From Malacoraja senta (taxonomy: Eukaryota), in NCBI GenBank assembly GCA_038087875.1, contig JAXLNO010000110.1, positions 744,001-808,000 on the forward strand: 64,000 nucleotides of DNA, given 5' to 3'. Made by a program: the position numbers and the translations under genes. The notes beneath the pieces were generated by a model. The model did not search any database. It saw nothing but the letters and a program-made list of their open reading frames with translations, and was not told where the DNA came from. Below are positions 60,076 through 64,000 of this stretch, piece after piece (positions within the stretch are counted from its first letter, which is position 1; each line of letters starts with the position of its first letter).

Positions 60076-61892
60076 CTCAAGAGCCATCTTGAGGAACGGC
60101 TGCAAAACAGCATTGTTACATCCCTCTTAAAATTGTCCTTAAACAAAGAAACAAAAAAGTGTAAATTATTGTGACATTAAAAAAAATCAAAAAAGTGAGG
60201 TTACAGTGTCTAAAAATGACGACACTGTAACCGATCATCCACCTAATGGTGGTAGTTACATATTTATTGACTTCCGTAGTTATTAATCTACATTTAGCTC
60301 CGTCCCCTTGAATAATGTTGCAAAAAGGAGTTGGAGCCAATTCAAAGCCAAATTTTATATATCACCATTACCATATCGATATATCTAATTAAATTTTCTC
60401 GAATCTCCAATCTTATCTACCATTTACTTATGTTAACATTTATTACATTTTCTTCCCCTTCCATACTAATCAGCCGTTGGTTGGAAGGGGTTAACCCGAT
60501 TCAGGCACTTGGCTATTTGCCAAGATTCTGAATCTCCTCACCTCCTTCCAAGCATAATTTGAACTGAATCCTATTATATTTTCTAAATACGTTTTTTAAT
60601 CTGTTATAAATCTATTTCCTTATATTTAGCCCCCCTCCTCCCCTGCCCGGGTGGGTCAATCCTTATAATGGGTTATTACATTTTACCGTTTGAGCGATTC
60701 GTTTTTAATTCAATAACTATTACTGTTAATATATTAATTTCATTAGCTTTAATTACTATTACTATGTTAGTTCAGTAGTTTCTGTGTTAGTATAAGATTA
60801 GTATAGGGTTAAAATTTTAACAGTCTTTCATTCAGGAATTTTTATTTTCCAGTCCGTCTGCGTTAGGTTCCTCATTCAGCCACGCCCTTGTAATTCCATC
60901 TTTCGCTCGAGCTGGAACCATAAGTGTCCTTGAAAAGATAAGGTGTCTAGACAGCGGCACATGGAGTAGCTCCGCCATCTTAATCCTTTTTAAGAGTTTA
61001 AAAAGTTATCTATATCAACCTTCCCTCAGCTGGTGTCTGCAGAATAAAAACCTTGTCTTGAAGATGTGATGTTTTACTTAATCAGCTATATATTTTAAAA
61101 TGTCTTGAGCGTATTTGTAAGCAGCTTCTGGTTCATTAAACTTACGTTCGATACCATTATATGTAATAATCATTTTAGCTGGATAAATTATCCCAAATCT
61201 GATGTTCGTGCCCTTTCAAGATCTGTCGTATGTTTGTAAACGATTCTCGTTTTTTAGCGACTTCATAGGGATATTCATAGAAACCTCTATTTAATGTCAA
61301 TGAGACTAACACTGTAATTTACTACCATTGATAAGTTAGTTCAAGTTCAAGTGGAGGGTCAGGCAGAGGCTACAGAAAAAAAAATCTCAGTCATTAAGTC
61401 TGCATGCAATTCATAGAATTTCAACCTCTTCTTAATGTTAATGAGAATAACAATAGGTTACTACCATAGAAAAATTAGTTCAAGTTCACATACACCAATT
61501 CATTTCTACAGAAACATCAACCATTTCTGACCAGTTCTCACTCCAATGGAAACCTATAAAGTGCGATCAATATCCCTCCGTTTTTCACCCGTGGTCGGGG
61601 CCTGGAAATTGGCTGCTACGGACGGCACTGTGCACAGCCTCCCCCCCCCGCGGAGATGATCCAAACACACCCCGCTGCTCCGCGTTCGCGAATCGTCCGC
61701 TTCTTAATTGAGACCGCGGGTTCACTATATTAAGTACATAGGCCCCGCGGTCGGAGCACTTTTTCCCGGTAAGTTATCGCAGGCAGCTCCGAGATTAGAT
61801 ATTAAAGACTTATTAGACTACAACAAGCTGACATCAGTGAAAATGTGTAATTTACTGTGTTATGGATACACATAGTGTAGGCCCTCAACTTC

Positions 61893-62315
61893 ATGAATGA
61901 ATGAATGAATGAGTGAATGAATGAACGAATGAATGAATGAATGAATGAATGAGTGAATGAGTGAGTGAATGAGTGAGCGAATGAGTGAATGAATGAGTGA
62001 GTAAATGAGTGAGTGAATGAGTGAATGAATGAGTGAATGAATGAGTGAGTGAATGAGTGAGTGAATGAGTGAGTGAATGAGTGAATGAATGAGTGAGTGA
62101 ATGAGGGAATGAATGAGTGAATGAATGAGTGAGTGAATGAGTGAGCGAATGAGTGAATGCATGAGTGAGTAAATGAGTGAGTGAATGAGTGAATGAATGA
62201 GTGAGTGAATGAGTGAATGAATGAGTGAATGAGTGAGTGAATGAGCGAGTGAGTGAATGAGTGAGTGAATGAGTGAATGAATGAATTAATGAATGAGTGA
62301 ATGAGTGATTGAATG
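61893..62315. repeat. (GAAT/GAGT)n tetranucleotide microsatellite
   Basis: About 420 bp of GAAT/GAGT units. Confidence 0.97.
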
Positions 62316-62980
62316 TACAGCCTCCAAATCTCATTCTTTCACATTATAAAAGGGTGCAATTAAATTAATTAAAGTCCATACAGATAGATTTTCATAAATT
62401 CAGACTTTAGATCTTACCTTTTAGTTCCAGTTGATTCACAAAGTTTGACTGGTTTCACGTTTGTGTTGCAGCACCTCAGCAGCGACTTTGCTTTCAAAGC
62501 TTTGTTCCACCTATCCACTTAGCAGCAGACTTTGTTCCACCTATCCACTTCAGACTTCTTAATGCTTTTCTCACTAAATTCAATTACCCTGCTGCAAGTT
62601 TCCACGACATGTATTCCACAGAACTACAAAGAACCTTCATCCGAATCTCCAGTAATACAGTCATCAGTGAAGTCCTCTCAGCCATGATGTGGGCTCCCTG
62701 CCTAGCTAGCCTGAAACAAAGCGCGTGATTGGCCAACTGGCATACAACTCAATGTTAAACGTGCTTTGATTGGACTAAAAATACCCCGACAATTTTCCGG
62801 GTTTTCTCTAATTTAATAAAAAAATGTGCAAGTCTTGTTCATGACGAGTTTCAGGGGTGATTTATATAATATTTTTACACAATATGTGAACATTTCATGT
62901 GGTTCGGTAACTTGGGTCACGAAACACTGGAATAAAGCTCCTCGGCCCACAGCATACAAGGTGTATAAAACTTTTGACAT

Positions 62981-63193
62981 GGTGGCGTTGTTACAAAACC
63001 TACCATCAGTGGCGCTGTGCTATTGTGGCGTGGTTACAAAACCTACCATCGGTGGCGCTGTGCTATTGTGGCGTGGTTACAAAACCTACCATCGGTGGCG
63101 CTGTGCTATTGTGGCGTGGTTACAAAACCTACCATCGGTGGCGCTGTGCTATTGTGGCGTGGTTACAAAACCTACCATCGGTGGCGCTGTGCT
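62981..63193. repeat. 43-bp minisatellite
   Basis: GTGGCGCTGTGCTATTGTGGCGTGGTTACAAAACCTACCATCG repeated 4-5 times. Confidence 0.95.
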
Positions 63194-63359
63194 TGCGATT
63201 CCAGAGGCTTTTGTGGTGTGGGGGGGGGGGGGATTAAAACGCAGGTGAGGTTTATATTCGTTGTGGAGAGGAATTTGCTTCAAAGATCCATGGATCCTTG
63301 GAAGTGCAGGACAAAGCAAAAGGTATATAGTTTATTTAACCCTTTCCCCCCGCCGAACC

Positions 63360-63640
63360 TCGCCGCCGCACTGGGCCTACCCACCTCCGCGCCGCACTGG
63401 GGGCCTACCCACCTCCGCGCCGCACCGGGCCTACCCACCTCCGCGCCGCACTGGGGGCCTACCCACCTCCGCGCCGCACCGGGCCTACCCACCTCCGCGC
63501 CGCACTGGGGGCCTACCCGCCTCTGCGCCGCACCGGGCATACCCACCTCCCCGCCGCACTGGGGACCTACCCACCTCCGCGCCGCACCGAGCCTACCCAC
63601 CTCCCCGCCCCACCGACCATCCGCCCACTGGGACCTCCCA
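63360..63640. repeat. C-rich minisatellite with alternating units of about 26 and 28 bp
   Basis: CGCCGCACYGGG(GG)CCTACCCACCTCCG repeats. Confidence 0.92.
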
Positions 63641-64000
63641 CGCATTGCCCGCTGACCCTCGCCACTCCACCGCCCTCCAGCAGCCCGCAGCCGTCGCCTT
63701 ACCTGCAGCCTGGACTGAGCACCGGGCCTGAAGTTTCCTTGCTGCAGACTCCAACTCCCCTGAATTTGACTGCGCTGGGTCCTAGTGCTAGTCCACTCCA
63801 CCCTGGTAACCTCAGTGGCTGTTCCACTGGGTCTTCCCCATTCCCCTCAAACCATGTGACCCCAGCTCTTCCCCACCCACACTACAGTCCTCATACCCCC
63901 CTACCCCCTGACCACCCGCCAGGCCCGCACCAGACATCGCCTCGGCCTCAGTCCACTCACCTGCCTTCCTCTGGCCTTGACGCGGCCCAAGGCTGGGAGC

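Larger units (their letters stand above)
53828..61281 (-). mobile_element. 5'-truncated, decayed L1 retrotransposon (ORF1 C-terminus, spacer, ORF2, 3' UTR)
   Basis: APE domain SWNIRG...IIFLQET...VNIYAPN (58529-58951); KTPGPDGF, DQTGFIP, SLDAEKAFD and RQGCSLSPLLF; C-terminal CDKC...IAHSFVFC; ORF1-like FGIIYPAKM near 61150-61200. AT-rich. Confidence 0.95.
51763..62956. mobile_element. Academ-like non-autonomous DNA transposon hosting the L1
   Basis: Termini TAGGCTGTGGGCCGAG ... CTCGGCCCACAGCATA with a 3-bp TSD CAA (51760-51762, 62957-62959). Subterminal inverted similarity (TTTCGTGACCCAAGTCACCGAAC vs GTTCGGTAACTTGGGTCACGAAA) extends well over 100 bp. Confidence 0.72.

Noticed and set aside
61860..63801. 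His/Ser-repeat and other repetitive ORFs near the window end
   Set aside because: They are translations of micro- and minisatellites.

Overview
Eukaryotic, repeat-dense genomic DNA from a cartilaginous fish, probably a skate or ray. This is inferred from HE1-type tRNA SINEs, HER1/CR1 LINEs, chondrichthyan-type Penelope remnants and GPR139/142-like receptor copies. Left of a 200-N assembly gap (37002-37201) is the 5' half of the sorting nexin-27 gene (SNX27, + strand). It comprises a ZNF143/ETS/YY1 promoter, exons 1-4 (PDZ and PX domains) with canonical splice sites, and an error-laden partial exon 5 cut by the gap. No further SNX27 exons were recognised after the gap. Right of the gap are a tandem duplication of two disrupted GPR139/142-like GPCR coding exons, a 2.1-kb foldback (Mutator-like) element, and a four-level nest of transposons (hAT-like > Academ-like > L1 > two non-autonomous (ATT)n-tailed elements). 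The rest is CR1, Rex1, RTE, Penelope and Gypsy remnants, SINEs, Harbinger MITEs and minisatellites. The most notable non-coding signals are many minimal hammerhead-ribozyme cores in Penelope terminal repeats, two HDV-like ribozyme folds at the 5' ends of short TSD-flanked retroposons, and a minisatellite that multiplies the SNX27 exon-1 splice donor. Family assignments come from motif recognition only; no searches were run, and repeat boundaries without a TSD are approximate.
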